Source: Eledone cirrhosa
Lineage: Eukaryota
Reading direction: 5' to 3'
Length of the DNA: 64,000 nucleotides
Assembly (NCBI GenBank): GCA_964016885.1
Contig: OZ024741.1
Span: forward strand, 168,454,001 to 168,518,000
The translations under genes and the position numbers were made by a program. Shown piece by piece: positions 23,863 through 37,052 of this stretch. The notes beneath the pieces are model-generated. The model saw nothing but the letters and a program-made list of their open reading frames with translations, had not been told where the DNA came from and did no database searches. Each line of letters starts with the position of its first letter. The first letter of the stretch is position 1.

Positions 23863-24185
23863 CTTATGGAGTGAAAATATTTTTATATTATTGGGCTATT
23901 GTAGTCTAGTAAATAGTTGCATTCTAGTTCTTGTAAATAGTTGCATTCATCCATTATATACTAGTATTTGCTGCCTTTCATTATATACTAGTATTTGCTG
24001 CCTTCCATTAACTCTTTTATAAAACCTCTATTTGTTGTGAAAATCTAAAAGATTATTGGTGTAGCTATTTTATTTTATTATTGACAGTTAAGTTCATTGT
24101 GAACATTTGTTATATTTACATATGTCGAAACATTTATTGGTGTGTTTTTAGCCTATAGCAGTACAATACCATCTAAATGTAATGC

Positions 24186-24268
24186 ATATATATATATATA
24201 TATATATGTGTATATGCATATATATATATATGTGTGTGTGTGTATATGCATCTATATATATATATATA

Positions 24269-24327
<59 letters not shown>

Positions 24328-24347
24328 CAGATATATCATGGGCAGAA

Positions 24348-24391
<44 letters not shown>

Positions 24392-24420
24392 CTGTCCATG
24401 ATATATCTGATATGTATATG
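24186..24420. repeat. (TA)n microsatellite containing a 25-bp inverted repeat
   Basis: catatcagatatatcatgggcagaa (24323-24347) versus ttctgtccatgatatatctgatatg (24390-24414). Confidence 0.9.
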
Positions 24421-24819
24421 TCTTAAACCTGATGTATATCCATTCCAGTAAATAAACTATAAAACACAACTGAAACCAATTTAAAATGGGAAAGAAATAA
24501 AATGTTAATACATACATCAATTTACAGTCACAGAATTCATCAATTTGTGTTTACACCCTCACACACACATGCATACATACATAGAAACACAAATATATAC
24601 ACACACACATATAAACAAACACACATAAATAAAAAGTTGTTGAGTTAACTTGTTCTTCCTTCACTTAGAATGACTTGCCTATTACAGATGAAAAGCAGGA
24701 ATGTTTATTCTCCGACTAAATATAACTATACATACATGCAGGCATGTATGTATAGTTATATTTACATGCATGCATACCTACCTACCTATCTACCTACCTA
24801 CTTACCAACATACATACAT

Positions 24820-27800
24820 TCATTTTACAAGGATTTGCTACAAACAGCATGGCTGAACACAACATCAACAACAACAAAATTAAGGAAGTACCGAAGACAA
24901 ATAACAAGGAAGGTAATCAAACTTTATTCAGTTGTAGCTACAGAAGAAACCGAAATTATAAATCGCATTTCTCTTGGAGTTGCGAACTTAATAATGAATT
25001 ATTTAATTGTTATGAAATGGCAAAAAACAATCCCTCCATTGGCTATATGAACAGAATGAAGCTACACTGGGACGAAATGCACCCAGAGCTAAATTATTTC
25101 ACAGCGAAACAACTATGCCAACAAGCGACGTTTGTTGAACGTAAAAATAAGATGAATATTATTAATTGTCAGTCCCCCACAACAAACATGTTATCAACAA
25201 CACGTGTTACAGGTCGCCATGCTACTAGACTTCCTAGCAGCCAGGTCGAACAGCGTCTTGAAACAACTATGCCTGTAAGAAACTTGACACCACCTGTACC
25301 ATCTAAGTCTACCTCGAATGCTGGGGAAAACACTATCGATAATAATCGAAGAAATTTGACACCGCGTGTACCATTCGAGTCTACCTCGACTGTTGTGGAA
25401 AATACTATCGATAATGATAATCAAAAGTATAAACAATTGAACATTTCCCTCATCGAAATCTTCCAGAGAGAAATTAACTCATGTATAAATATCTCTCTTG
25501 CTGAACGTGTTAAAACGACAATGTTTAATAAAAAAAACAACAAATAATGAAATATTACGTGCTATTGACGAAATAGGGGATGAATATTTACGACGGCTAA
25601 AAACCCCAACATTTTGGCAAATCAACGCCTGTTTATATGCCCTAGCAACGACAGTGAAGCATTATCTTGGTGATAGCAAAGATATTAACAAGAACAGAAC
25701 ACCATCAAAAATACCATCATATATAACTAAAATAGAAAAACAGATTGCTGACCTACAAAAAACCATAGGATATGTGACAATGCTCCTTACATGCAAACAA
25801 ACACAAAAAAACCTCACTCCTCACCAACAAAGAGTGAAAAATAAAATAGAGACGATGTTTGGTAACAGTAGAACCAGAACTTTCCAATATAAGCTGATCA
25901 CCCTCAAACAAGAATTGAGAGTTGTTAGCGAAAAACGCCGATACCCGAAGAAGGTAGATGAGAGAAAAGTGCTTAATAAAAGATTCAGACGAAACCAACC
26001 ATCAGTCTATAGTGATATGAAGAACAAAATAATAAGTGTGACTGAGGCCCCATCCCAGAAAGACATAGATTCCTTTTGGAGCAAAATATGGGGTGAAAAG
26101 AAGAATTTCAACCAAGATGCAGTGTGGCTAAGAGAAATCCGAAAGATCTATTGCTCCTACACTACAACAAAAACATACGAAATAAGTGAGGGTGCCCTTG
26201 AGACTGTTTTAGAAAACTCCAAGATAAGAAAACACCAGGAAGAGACATGATTGTCGGCTACTGGTACAAACAACTGATATTCTATCGGAGGTATCTTACT
26301 GACCTCTACCAACAAGTTCTTAAGAATGGTTGACATTAGCATAAATATTACTGGTCCCCAAGAACAAAGACATCCACTTGGCAAAAAAACTACCGACCCA
26401 TTGCATGCCAGAACCTGATGTATAAGATGTATACAGCCTGCCTGAACCTATTCCTCCAAGATCACTGTGAAAATAATAACATCATCTCAGATGAACAAGC
26501 AGCTGGAAAGAAAGGGGTTTGGGGATGTGCTGAACAACTCCTAATCAACAAAACTGCCAGGTCGGAGGTGCGACAACTTAGGAGGAATATGACTACAGTC
26601 TGGCTGGACTACAGGAAAGCTTTCGATTCTGTTCCCCACTCTTGGATGATAGAGGCCCTCCAACTTGCTAAAGTCCCAGACATTATTGTCAGAGCCATAG
26701 AGAGGCTGTCTTCTTCTTGGGCTACTATCCTAAGGTTAAAGACAGAGAGGGAGGACTCTATTTTCACTGATAAAATAAAATATTGCAGGGGTATATTTCA
26801 GGGGGACAGTCTCTCTGTGATATTATTCATATTGTCATTAAACCCCTTGTCCTTTCTGCTCAAGAAATGTGAGGGATACATCATTGGCTCACAGGAGGAC
26901 AGAAATACGAACCTAACCCATAATTTCTTTGTGGACGATCTGAAACTCTAAGCCAAGAACATGGATGGGATGAAGAAAAATCTTGACCAGGTTACAACGT
27001 TCTCAAAGGATATAGGTAAGAAAGATCTGGTCATTGGAACTCTCTGCGCAAAACAAAACAGTGGCTCACAATGTGTTTGCTGTGCCTGTCCTAACACCAA
27101 CGTTTGGAATACTCAATTGGACGATAGACAAAATCCGAGCAGTTGATGTTGAAACTCGAAAAATACTGAACAACACCGGAAACTTCCACATCAACAGTGA
27201 CATAGACCACCTTTACTTGAAACGTAAGCAGGGAGGCAGAGGCCTAACATCAGTCCAGACAACATTTGAATGTCGCATCATATCTCTCCAACAACATCTA
27301 CGAACCTCGAAGCGTAGGAGCCCGTTTCTCGAGCAAGTCTATCTGCATGAAATAGATAAGATCATGAGAGTTGGTAAGGAACTCCTCGAGAGATATTCCC
27401 TGTGTGATAATCAAAAACTCGCACCCAGGGATGTCGCTCAGCAGTATCGCAGTGAATCCATGGATGAAAAACTGCATGCCTATCAGCAAAAAATCATGCA
27501 TGGATATGTTGCCAGGAAGCTCCAGAGTGAGTGTAATATAGATAAGGAAAGTAGTCTATCTTGGACCAACAACCGCTATATTGGCTCCCACTTTGAAGTA
27601 TATGCTTTTGCAATCCAGGAACAGGAGATTAACACGAAATACCTGATTCACAAAAGAGATAGGGATGCAGGCAAAACACCTAGATGTGATAACAAGTGCA
27701 GACTCTGCAGAACTAACATCGAGGATATCACCCACGTCATCAGCAGCTGTCCAAAGATGTCATCGTGGTACTATCTACCTATGAGGCATGATGTAGTGGC

Positions 27801-28486
27801 AAAAACACTGTACAATGCAGTTCGTAAAAAAGATAGCCCCGATAATAAACACATTAAAAGCTACAACAATGTGGAAGACATCCATGCACATAATATGAAA
27901 GAGTACTGATGAAATGTTCCAGTAAAAACCCCAATAAAATGCAGGCATAACAGACCAGATATTATGATATGGGACAGGGAGAAGAAAGCATGCACAGTAG
28001 TGGAAATTAGCTGCCCAGCAGATGCCAATATAATATCAAAGATTAGTGAAAAGGAGAATATTTATGCAGAACTGATGAGAAATCTGCAGATACTCCACCC
28101 TGATTACACCTTCAGATTTATGCCTGTGATTATTGGGGCACTGGGATATGTTAATAACTGCCTCAATACAAATCTTGAGAAGCTAGGCTTCACAGGAACA
28201 GAAAGAACACAACTAGTTAGGAAATTACAAGTACAATCCATTAATGGAACAGTAAAAATATGTAAAACATTCCCAAAATTTTGCATCTAATAACTGCATA
28301 TACATGCACACATACAACTCAAAACATCCACATCCACACATAGAATAACATCCATATCTACACATGCAGGCATGCATATCTACCTAGTTGATGTTGTGTA
28401 AATTCCAATGAGAGAGTCTTGTGTCTATCTTAGAAACCGACTCTCTCTCTATTGGTAAAACTTTGTGAAATTATAAAACCAGAAGA
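24820..28486 (+). mobile_element. R4/Dong-clade RLE LINE (family 2), near full length, disrupted, flanked by (ACAT)n
   Basis: ATG at 24849. GYMNRMKLHWDE N-terminal motif typical of R4/Dong, YRPIAC, DYRKAFDSVPH, GIFQGDSLS, FFVDDLKL, CRLC..EDITHVISSC, RHD, RPDIMIWD..EISCP. Stop at 28290. Frameshifts, stops and an internal deletion near 27017. Confidence 0.9.
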
Positions 28487-28539
28487 ACATACATACATAC
28501 ATACATACATACATACATACATACATACATACATACATG
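28487..28539. repeat. (ACAT)n tetranucleotide tail/target
   Basis: Pure run directly after the element 3' UTR. A shorter (ACAT)3 lies at 24808-24819. Confidence 0.95.
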
Positions 28540-28589
28540 AGGATTGCAGCGTCTTCACACACGAGTGTCGTCTCATGCTGGGAACATTT

Positions 28590-28712
28590 AAAGGTTATGT
28601 AATTGGTTCAGAGGAGGCCAGAAACACAAACCTAACACAACTTCTTTGTGGATGATATGAAACATTATGCCAAGAATATAAATGGTATGAAGAAAAACCT
28701 TGAACTGGTTAT
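28590..28712 (+). mobile_element. diverged Dong family-2 RT fragment
   Basis: KGYVIGSEEARNTNLT..FFVDDMKHYAKNINGMKKNLELV parallels 26870-27000. Confidence 0.75.
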
Positions 28713-28914
28713 CTGTAGCAGAGACCGGTAAAACAGTCAGACCATTGATAAAGTGACTAGTTTTTCCTCACTTCACAATCATTGTATTCTAGATTTCCTT
28801 GAAACGGTCATATATTGCATGGTAGTGGCACCTGGGCACTGTGTGCAGAAGACTTGTGTAGATTGGAAATAAATGAAGCTTGTATGCTCTGATGGATATG
28901 TGATAGTAATATAT

Positions 28915-29247
28915 GTGTGTTTTTATTTGTTTATTTATTTGTTTATTTACATGTTACTGGTTGAAATAAAAATAAAATATTTTTATTTCTATGTTCTCTA
29001 ATTTGCCCTTATGTTCTAGAACATAAGGGCAAATTAGAGAACAGAAATAAAAATAAAATCTACACACAGAAAAGACGCAATGTTTAGACAAATCACAGAG
29101 GCAATAAACATAAATGAACTCCAACCAACATTAAATAGCAACATCACAACTTACAATGAAGGACAAAATGAAAACACACACACATAGAACAAACAACCAA
29201 CCAGTAACATGTAAATAAACAAATAAATAGACAAATAAAAACACACA
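28915..29247. repeat. nested palindrome / fold-back structure
   Basis: Perfect 52-bp palindrome at 28992-29043 and an outer 49-bp inverted repeat (28915-28963 / 29198-29246). Confidence 0.9.
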
Positions 29248-30274
29248 CAGACACCCGGATGTAAAACATGCGCAAACTAAGCACGCAACACACACAAAAA
29301 CAAGATGGCGTAGGACAGAACAAAGGAGAGGCACAAAACAAAGAAAATAATCTCCAGTCACTGAATAGGTCACAGACTGTGTGACGAAAGAACTTTGACA
29401 ACATATGAACAACCGTCCGGTTGTTGAACCAGCCAACCGGAAATTTATAAATTTTAAAATTTATAAATTAATTTATAATAAATTGGAGTGAAAGCAACTG
29501 GTGCGTGTGTTTCTTATTAGCAACATGACCCTCCCAAAGTATAACAATATATATATGTATGCATGTATGTATGGACATATGTATGTATATGTATGTATAT
29601 ATGTATGTATATATGTATGTATATATGTATATATGTATATACATACAGGAATTTAGGCAAAGGCAGTCAATGTTTCTAAGATGTAGTTTATTCCTTTCAC
29701 AGTACCTTGTGGGTAAATATCACTGTTGACCAATAAATATCCAGAAACATGCATCTCACAATCTCTCCACCTTTGATATGATCGTTTCTGTTTTTATTAT
29801 ACATAGACATATCGTAAATGACATCATTTTCATCCCTATTATGAACTACATTGTGTTACTGTTCATTAAAGACAGATTATTTTCCCATACTTTACTACGT
29901 GATATACATTTCTGTAACTTCCATATTTAAATTAATTTTACATTGTTATGCATTTCTGGATTTTTGGAAGGCTCTTCATCAGACATATATAAGGTTTTGC
30001 ATTAGCACAATATCTAATTAATGTTAACATCTTTGAGTAGAATAAATTTGGTGTGTCAAAAAGAAACGTTCATCATGTGGTAAAATATGTTTTGTTTCAG
30101 TTTCTGTTTATTTATGCTTTGTAGAGAACTGCCATTAAATGATTCATACAACTATGAATTAGTTCTATCTACTTTGAGTGCCACATGTGGCTTACAATCA
30201 GATTAATTATTTCCTATGGTACAAATAACTCCACCTAGATTAATTAGCTCCTTAAACAAGAAAAATACACCATT

Positions 30275-30530
30275 ATCATCATCATCATTAACATCACTGT
30301 TTAATATCTATTTTTCTATGCTAGCATGGGTTAGATGAGTTGTTCTGATATGAGACATATCAGATCAAATGACCATTTTCTGCTCATACAGAACTGTTTC
30401 TGGCTTGGTTTCTATAGCTGGATGCCCTTCCTAATGCCAACCCCATTTACAGGGTGGACTGGGTGATTTTTATTGTGACACCAAAACAACCATTTTACAG
30501 TGTGGACTGGGCACTTTTTATCGTGACAAT
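30275..30530 (-). mobile_element. RTE 3' UTR-derived fragment
   Basis: ttctatagctggatgcccttcctaatgccaac is the reverse complement of 4195-4225. Confidence 0.7.
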
Positions 30531-31529
30531 ATGCATGTGTGTGTGTGTTTGTTTGTGTGTGTGTGTGCGTGCGTGTATGTGTGTGCATGTGTGTGTGTAA
30601 ATATGTATGTATTCCATTCATGAAAATAATGAAGAAAGAATGAAAAGAAAACAACTTTGTACAAAATGTTAGCAGACAACAATTACTTGTTTGTATGTGT
30701 ATGTGTGTATGTATGTCTGTATATGTGCATGTCAGGTCACCAGTTGGTGCTACTGGTAACATGTATCCCAGTACAACCTGTCTCATGGTCGGGTCGTTGG
30801 CGACTAAACTGGCAACCCCACCAAGGTTTCTCGGTGAGGAGGGTGACTTTGGACATCCTGCAGGACTAAAAACAAAACCTGTCAAAGGGCAGAGGAGCTC
30901 TTAAGAGTCAATGGCCATCCAAAATCACCGGGAGAGATGACCCCTTAGCCTTTGTCAAGGCAGAATTCTAGGAGAAGGAAAACTCTGATATAACACCTGC
31001 AACTCTGATGGTATCCAATGATGTTGTCATGTTCTTCTTTTTGGTAAATATCATCTTGGTTAAGAGAGTGGGACTGGCTTTGTGCAGTGCCTTTGCTCAC
31101 TATAAAAGCTTCACGGCACAGGTATTGCTTTATATTTGGAGATCTCTCTGCACTTGTCGTCACATGGTACCATGGGCCCAGGACTATGTGTCAATAATTG
31201 TCACAGGTGTAGTGTTTGTACCAGAGTTTTCAACTGGATGGATTAAAAAGTCACATTCGTTCAGCGCATCGGTAGGAGTTCTCCTACATGGATATAAAGT
31301 AGTGGCCGTACTCGAAAACGAGTTGGCAACCATCATATGTGCATGTACATGTATGCATGTGTGTGTGTATATGTGTAAGGGAATATGTGGGTGTGTATAC
31401 ATGCGCCTCAAGTGTTCCTTGCTTCTCTAACTCTACACTCAATATACTTCTCTTTCAACTGACATATCTCTCTTTTACTCTCTCTCTCTATGATGTCTAA
31501 CAGACCAACCATTCACCAAATTGGGTATT

Positions 31530-31566
31530 ATATATTTATATATGCGTGTGTATATATGTATATATG

Positions 31567-31601
<35 letters not shown>

Positions 31602-31709
31602 ATATATGTATATATGTATATATATAGACAGTTCAAGAGTAAATCAATCTTAAATAGAGAGATAATGGTAGGAGATGATTGAGCTTGTGGTCTTAAATTG
31701 CTTAACTAC

Positions 31710-31808
<99 letters not shown>

Positions 31809-31815
31809 ATGTGTA
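31530..31815. repeat. (TA)n/(TG)n microsatellites
   Basis: Direct runs. Confidence 0.9.
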
Positions 31816-32099
31816 ATAAGATGCACAACAATTTCTCAAACATAACGTTTTCTCTAATTTTTTTCTATTCACTTAAATTTCAATATTAATATTTTTCCTG
31901 ACTTAAACTTTTTATTTATCTAATTTTTAAAACCTTAATTTGGAATCTAATTATCCGCATGACCAGTGACTGTTATTCTTTAATATCAGAATTAATTTTT
32001 ATAATCAGCATCCCCCAACCCATTTGTTTCTTCTTCATCCATCATTGTCTATCTTTTGTTTTTGGTTTTACTTAATTATTCATGTCCTATGCTGTATGT

Positions 32100-32412
32100 A
32101 TGGTGATGGTGATCATGGCTACAATGTCGTATATGGTCGTGGTGAAGATGAGGTGGTGAAGATGAGGAGGTGGAACAGGACGTTGATGATGTTGGTGACA
32201 TTGGTAACAACAACAATGAGGATGATGTTGATGATGATGCTGATGATGACAGCAAAAACGTTGATGATGATAATGATGATAAGCAAGATGACAATGACAA
32301 TGACGGCGATGATGATAGTGATTATGGTGTTGAGCAAGATGATAAGCTTGATGATGATGATGATGATGGTGATGAGCATGATGATGATGATGATAAACAT
32401 GATGATGATGAG
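32100..32412. repeat. degenerate (GAT)n low-complexity tract
   Basis: Imperfect GAT/GAC/GGT triplets. Frames give poly-D, poly-M and poly-I artefacts. Confidence 0.8.
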
Positions 32413-32552
32413 AAGGCTTTTCATGAAATTTCTTTTGTCATGATAACAATATCAGTTACAAAAATTAAATTATTCATTTAGTTAAATTCGTGAGGCAGAT
32501 GCACTTCATGAAAATACAAAGTGAAACAGTAACAATGATATTGACAGCAAAA

Positions 32553-32705
32553 TAATTGTTTCTACATTTGGCACAAGGCCAGTAATTATCCCAGTGCATA
32601 TTACTGGTACTTTATTTTATCGACCCCGTAAGGATGAAAGGCAAAGTTAACCTCGGCGGGATTTGAACTCAGAATGGCAAGGGACGTAACTCTATGCGTC
32701 AAAGC
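32553..32705 (-). mobile_element. SINE family A, 5'-truncated, with 19-bp TSD
   Basis: atattgacagcaaaataat at 32538-32556 and 32706-32724. Confidence 0.92.
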
Positions 32706-32746
32706 ATATTGACAGCAAAATAATGATAATGATGAGGGTGAGGATT

Positions 32747-32787
<41 letters not shown>

Positions 32788-32794
32788 AATGTTA

Positions 32795-33220
32795 ATAATG
32801 GTTTCTGATTTAGGCACAAGGCCAACAATTTTGGGGAAAAGGGAAAGTCAATTAAATCAACCCCAGTGCATTAGAGGTACTTTATTTTATTGACTCCATA
32901 AAGATCAAAGGCAAAGCTGACCTTGGCTGTATTTGAAATCAGAACATAAAGGGACCTAAATATAATCCACAAAGCATGTTGTCTACCGAAGCTGCCAATC
33001 CACTGCCATTCCACCAATGATAATAATAATAATTGTTTCTAATTTTAGCACTAAGTTGGCAATTTGAAGGGAAGGAGAAAGTCGATTAAATTGACCCTAG
33101 TACTTGACTGATGCTTTCAATTATTGACCTCAGAAAGATAAAAGGTGAAGTTAACCGTAGCGGGATTTGAACTTAGAAAGTAAAGATTCAGAAGAAATAC
33201 TGCTGCTAAGCATTTGTCCA
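32795..33220 (-). mobile_element. two older SINE family A copies (long form)
   Basis: ggtttctgatttaggcacaaggcc and gtttctaattttagcactaag termini, plus core matches. Confidence 0.75.
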
Positions 33221-33649
33221 ATTTTCCCTCAACTTAGCCTACCTACCTCCCTAATAACAACAACAACAATAACAACAGACCTGATAATATTGTAGATGTA
33301 CACAGAAATAGGTGTGAATGCCAAGAGATCACAACATTGAAAAGAAATTGAAAAAGTAACAAAATTGTACAAATATGATTAATACCACCTAACAACAATA
33401 AGATAATTCCAGTTTTCATCAGAGTTTTATCCATAATACCATTTAAACTGAAAGGTTATCTTCAGTAAATAGATCACAAATCACAAATTGCTCTTACAAA
33501 AGATCTCTCAGTTGGGTACGGCACATATGCTCATGAAAGGAATATGATTAGACTCAACAGTAATAGAAGCTCCAGTTATAAATATTTACTAAGCAAACCA
33601 TCAACAATAATGAAAATAATAACAATAACATTAATGAAGACTGTCAATG

Positions 33650-35217
33650 CTGAGGTGATGAAGGGAGATGAGAATCCTTCGCTTATAAAATGCATGAATG
33701 GCCTGCACAAAATATAGCTTCTGACAGTCAAGTCCAACTCCTGGCATTCATGTGGCAAAGCTGGATGTATTTAACAGAAGAAGGAGTGAAAGAATATGCT
33801 GGCATAAGTGATGAAAGAATCAAAATCAGAGAACAAATAAATGAAGTAGGTCAAATGTTAATGAACAGGGTTTTAGAAGTATTAAATGCAGAAGAGACAG
33901 AATTTATGTGGGATTTCAAGAAGACTGATCAACGGAGACTAAATCAAGAAACATGTAAATCCAATAATGTATTGAAGCATATTGAAATGAAGAACATCTC
34001 ACTAACAAACTCATCAAGGCTGCAAGTAGGATTGTTGCAGAAAGGATGGCATCGAAAATCAATGAGAGCAGAATTTTGACAGAAAGAAAGAGAAATAAAG
34101 AACCTTGGTGAAAAAGGAGAATATCAGAAGATGTAAGGTTTCTGAACAGCATATTGTCAATATTTGACAGGAAAAGAAAAGGAGAATTGAGGAATGGTTG
34201 CAAATTGGAAAAATTGAAGAAGTATGGTTGATACAAAAGGACTGAATGATGTAATTGAAGAGCTCAAGCAGCACATACTTCCCAAGAAAGCAAAACTAAC
34301 TAGATTTAAGAAAAGGTTTATTAAACAATACTGGCAAAACTGATTGTTTAGAATCGACCAAGAAAGATTTTATAAAGAAACTAATGATGAGTTAGCATAT
34401 GAGAGATTGGCCAAGCAGTATTGTGTTTGTAGTATATCCCAACAGGAAGTGACGTCGAAAATTACAAGTCAATTTCTTGCCTTCCATTAATGTGGAAATT
34501 ATTTTCATGATTGATTGCAGAAGAAATGTACACATTTCTTGATGATAATAACATTTTGCAAAGGGAACAAAAAGGATGCGAAAGCAAATGCAGAGGTACC
34601 AAAGACCAATTATTGATTGATAAAGCGGTGATGCAAGATTGTAAAAAAAAGAAGAGAAATCTTGGGAACAGTGTGGATTGACTACCACAAAGCTTATGGT
34701 ATGATTTGCCATTCATAGATAATTGAGTGTTTGGATATGTTTAGAATTGCAAGGAGTGGCGCATTATTTTTGTGCTTTACATGATTCCTCTGACTTTGGT
34801 ACTGAGGAAAATAGTCCTAGGATACCAATTCAAAGGAAAAACACAAAGGATCAATCATCTTCTCATCATGGGCGATTTGAAGCTGTATGTCATAGATGAG
34901 GTCATGTGAGTTCCTTGGCGAACACTGTCCATTATTTTAGTGTTGATTAAGGGCGGTGGATTGGCAGTATCCGTAGAGGGTCGGATGCCATGCTTTGACG
35001 CATAGAGTTATGACTCTTGCCATTTTGAGTTCAAATCCCACCAAAGTTAACTTTGCTTTCATCCTTATGGGGTCGATAAAATAAAGTACTAGTAATACAC
35101 TGGGTAATTGCTGGCCTTGTGCCAAAAGTAGAAACAATTATTTTAGTGCTGATGTTAAGATGTACCTTAAGAAATGTGGTGTGATGATTCTGAAAAGAAA
35201 CAAGGTACATTCTCTGG
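33650..35217 (+). mobile_element. old R4/Dong LINE remnant, interrupted by a SINE
   Basis: KEPW.KRRI, Y.QN.LFRIDQERFY, EQKGC...[30 protein letters not shown]. The frame continues after the SINE as FSADVKMYLKKCGVMILKR. Confidence 0.65.
34951..35140 (+). mobile_element. SINE family A, full length, with 17-bp TSD
   Basis: attattttagtg(t/c)tgat at 34931-34947 and 35137-35153. Confidence 0.92.
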
Positions 35218-36900
35218 GAGATCTACATCTGCTTCTTTGTTATGGAGAAAATACTGCCCATATATACATTTTTGCTCCCATTTAGTGCACAGTCTTTGTG
35301 AACCTTTATGTTTTGCCAACACTTTGATGTTCTTTGTGGCTTTAATTGCAGAATTGCGATCATTTTCAAAATGTATTCCCAATTCTTCAATAAAATTCTT
35401 ACTTTTCTTTGTGACTGAATATAACCTCTTCTTCCTTTCATGATCTGCAACTATTTTCATCATTCAGTCATTTGTGGTTTTAAGGTACTGATTGAGTCCA
35501 ATCCTTGACATCCTACATGACAGTTCAAGCTGGATCGTTCCTCTACCTTTGTTTTGTTTAGGGAGGTAGAGACAAATCTACATCTGCTTTTGAGTGATGA
35601 ATTTTATTACAGGTCAAATGTTTCCTGATTTTTTCTCTTAATTTCATTAATGTTCCAATTTATGAAATTGTAACTGTAGGTGACAATTGGGATTGCAAGT
35701 GCATTTATGGCAGATATTCTATTTCCTGAGTTAAGCTCAGTTTTCAAGACAGCACATACTCTCCTGTATCATTCCTTCCTGATTCACTCTTTCATGCTGG
35801 CATGGTGAATAAGTTGGTCTTCATTGATCCCTAGATATCTGTAGGCTTATTCCTGTTCTAGTTCGCTAATTACTGTATTCACATCTATTTCCATTGAGTT
35901 TGTGCTTGTCATTTTGCCTATCTTGAATATTGCTTTGATACATTTTTCCAATACAAACTACATCTCTACATCATCGCTGGACAGCTTTCTTCAGGAGTCC
36001 TTCCAATTCGCTGTCATTTTTGGCATACAGCTTAAAGTCATCCATATAACACAAGTGATTTATGGTTTTGCTGTCTATTTTGTAGCCATATTTTGTTAGG
36101 TTGATTGCTAAAGACAGTGGTGTGAGTGCAATGCAAAATATCAGATGCGAAAACGTTTCATCTTTCACTGCCAAGGGGTAATTTTGTTCAAGATAATACA
36201 TCTAAGACGATTATCAACCAGGATTAGTGAGCTCATACTACCCATGAGACACAGCTACTACCAGCCAGTCATCAGTGGCTATGGAGTTCTGAGCTAAATG
36301 CAGAGAGTGAGAGCTTAATTTAAGCTGCACAAAACCAGTGTCTTTCAACATGCAACTTTCGAGCTAATATGATCAGAAATAGAATTGGCCTAAAATGGTG
36401 ATTCTGTTGAGACTATTGACCACCTGGTTTCAGGCTGCAAAGTATTAGCTCCCCAAGGCATAATAGAGTGGGGCAATATTTATACTGGGTAATGTGCAGG
36501 TTTTATGCTCTGGAAATGGAGGGAAAATGGTACAACCATCACCCAGATGCAATAACAGGGGGCGAGAACATCATAATCCAGTGGAATTTCCCTGTGAACA
36601 CAGAACAATCAAGGCGAACAGGCCTGATAAAATTATGAAGGACCATAAAAAAGAAAACATGCTTCTTAATTGACATAAGCATTCCATCAGATCGTAACAT
36701 CTTGAAACAATCCAGAAAGCTCAGTATGTATAAAGATCTATCAATTAAAATTGAGAAAATGTAGCATCTTAAGGCCAGTAATAGACGGTGCACTTTGAAT
36801 GATAAAAAAAGAGAACTGAAAAATATTTGGACTGGATATCTGGAAAGTAATTTCTGCAAGAGATACAGAAAATAGTGCTGAAAATAGCTGAGAAGGGTAT
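35218..36900. mobile_element. R4/Dong LINE remnant with 5' inversion (minus 35218-36200, plus ~36255-36900)
   Basis: Minus strand: INHLCYMDDFKLYAK ... KWEQKCIYGQYF..EADVD. Plus strand resumes SHQWL.SSEL..ESE..AAQNQ, TIDHLVSGC, HNRVG, and the RLE tail. Confidence 0.75.
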
Positions 36901-37052
36901 TATCAATTTAAAAACCTTGCAAAAATATTTACTGTTGTTTGTGCCCATTTCTATTGATTGTAGCAATTGATTGTAAAATGTGTGTATTATCAAATTTTTC
37001 CTCGGGTGTTTTTTGGAAAGGAAGCAAAATTCAAAGGAAGTTTCAAACAATA

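Noticed and set aside
28714-29546. Solo LTR (TGT...AATAAA...TAACA)
   Set aside because: There is no matching TSD, PBS or PPT, and the interval contains an RTE fragment and a fold-back, so the ends probably do not belong together.
30760-31335. LINE 5' UTR-like sequence and a possible minus-strand zinc-finger remnant
   Set aside because: The resemblance is from memory only, with no diagnostic motif intact enough to classify.
32170-32481. Asp-rich ORF resembling an acidic biomineralisation protein
   Set aside because: It is a degenerate (GAT)n tract with no signal peptide or supported splice context, and similar tracts occur nearby as non-coding repeats.
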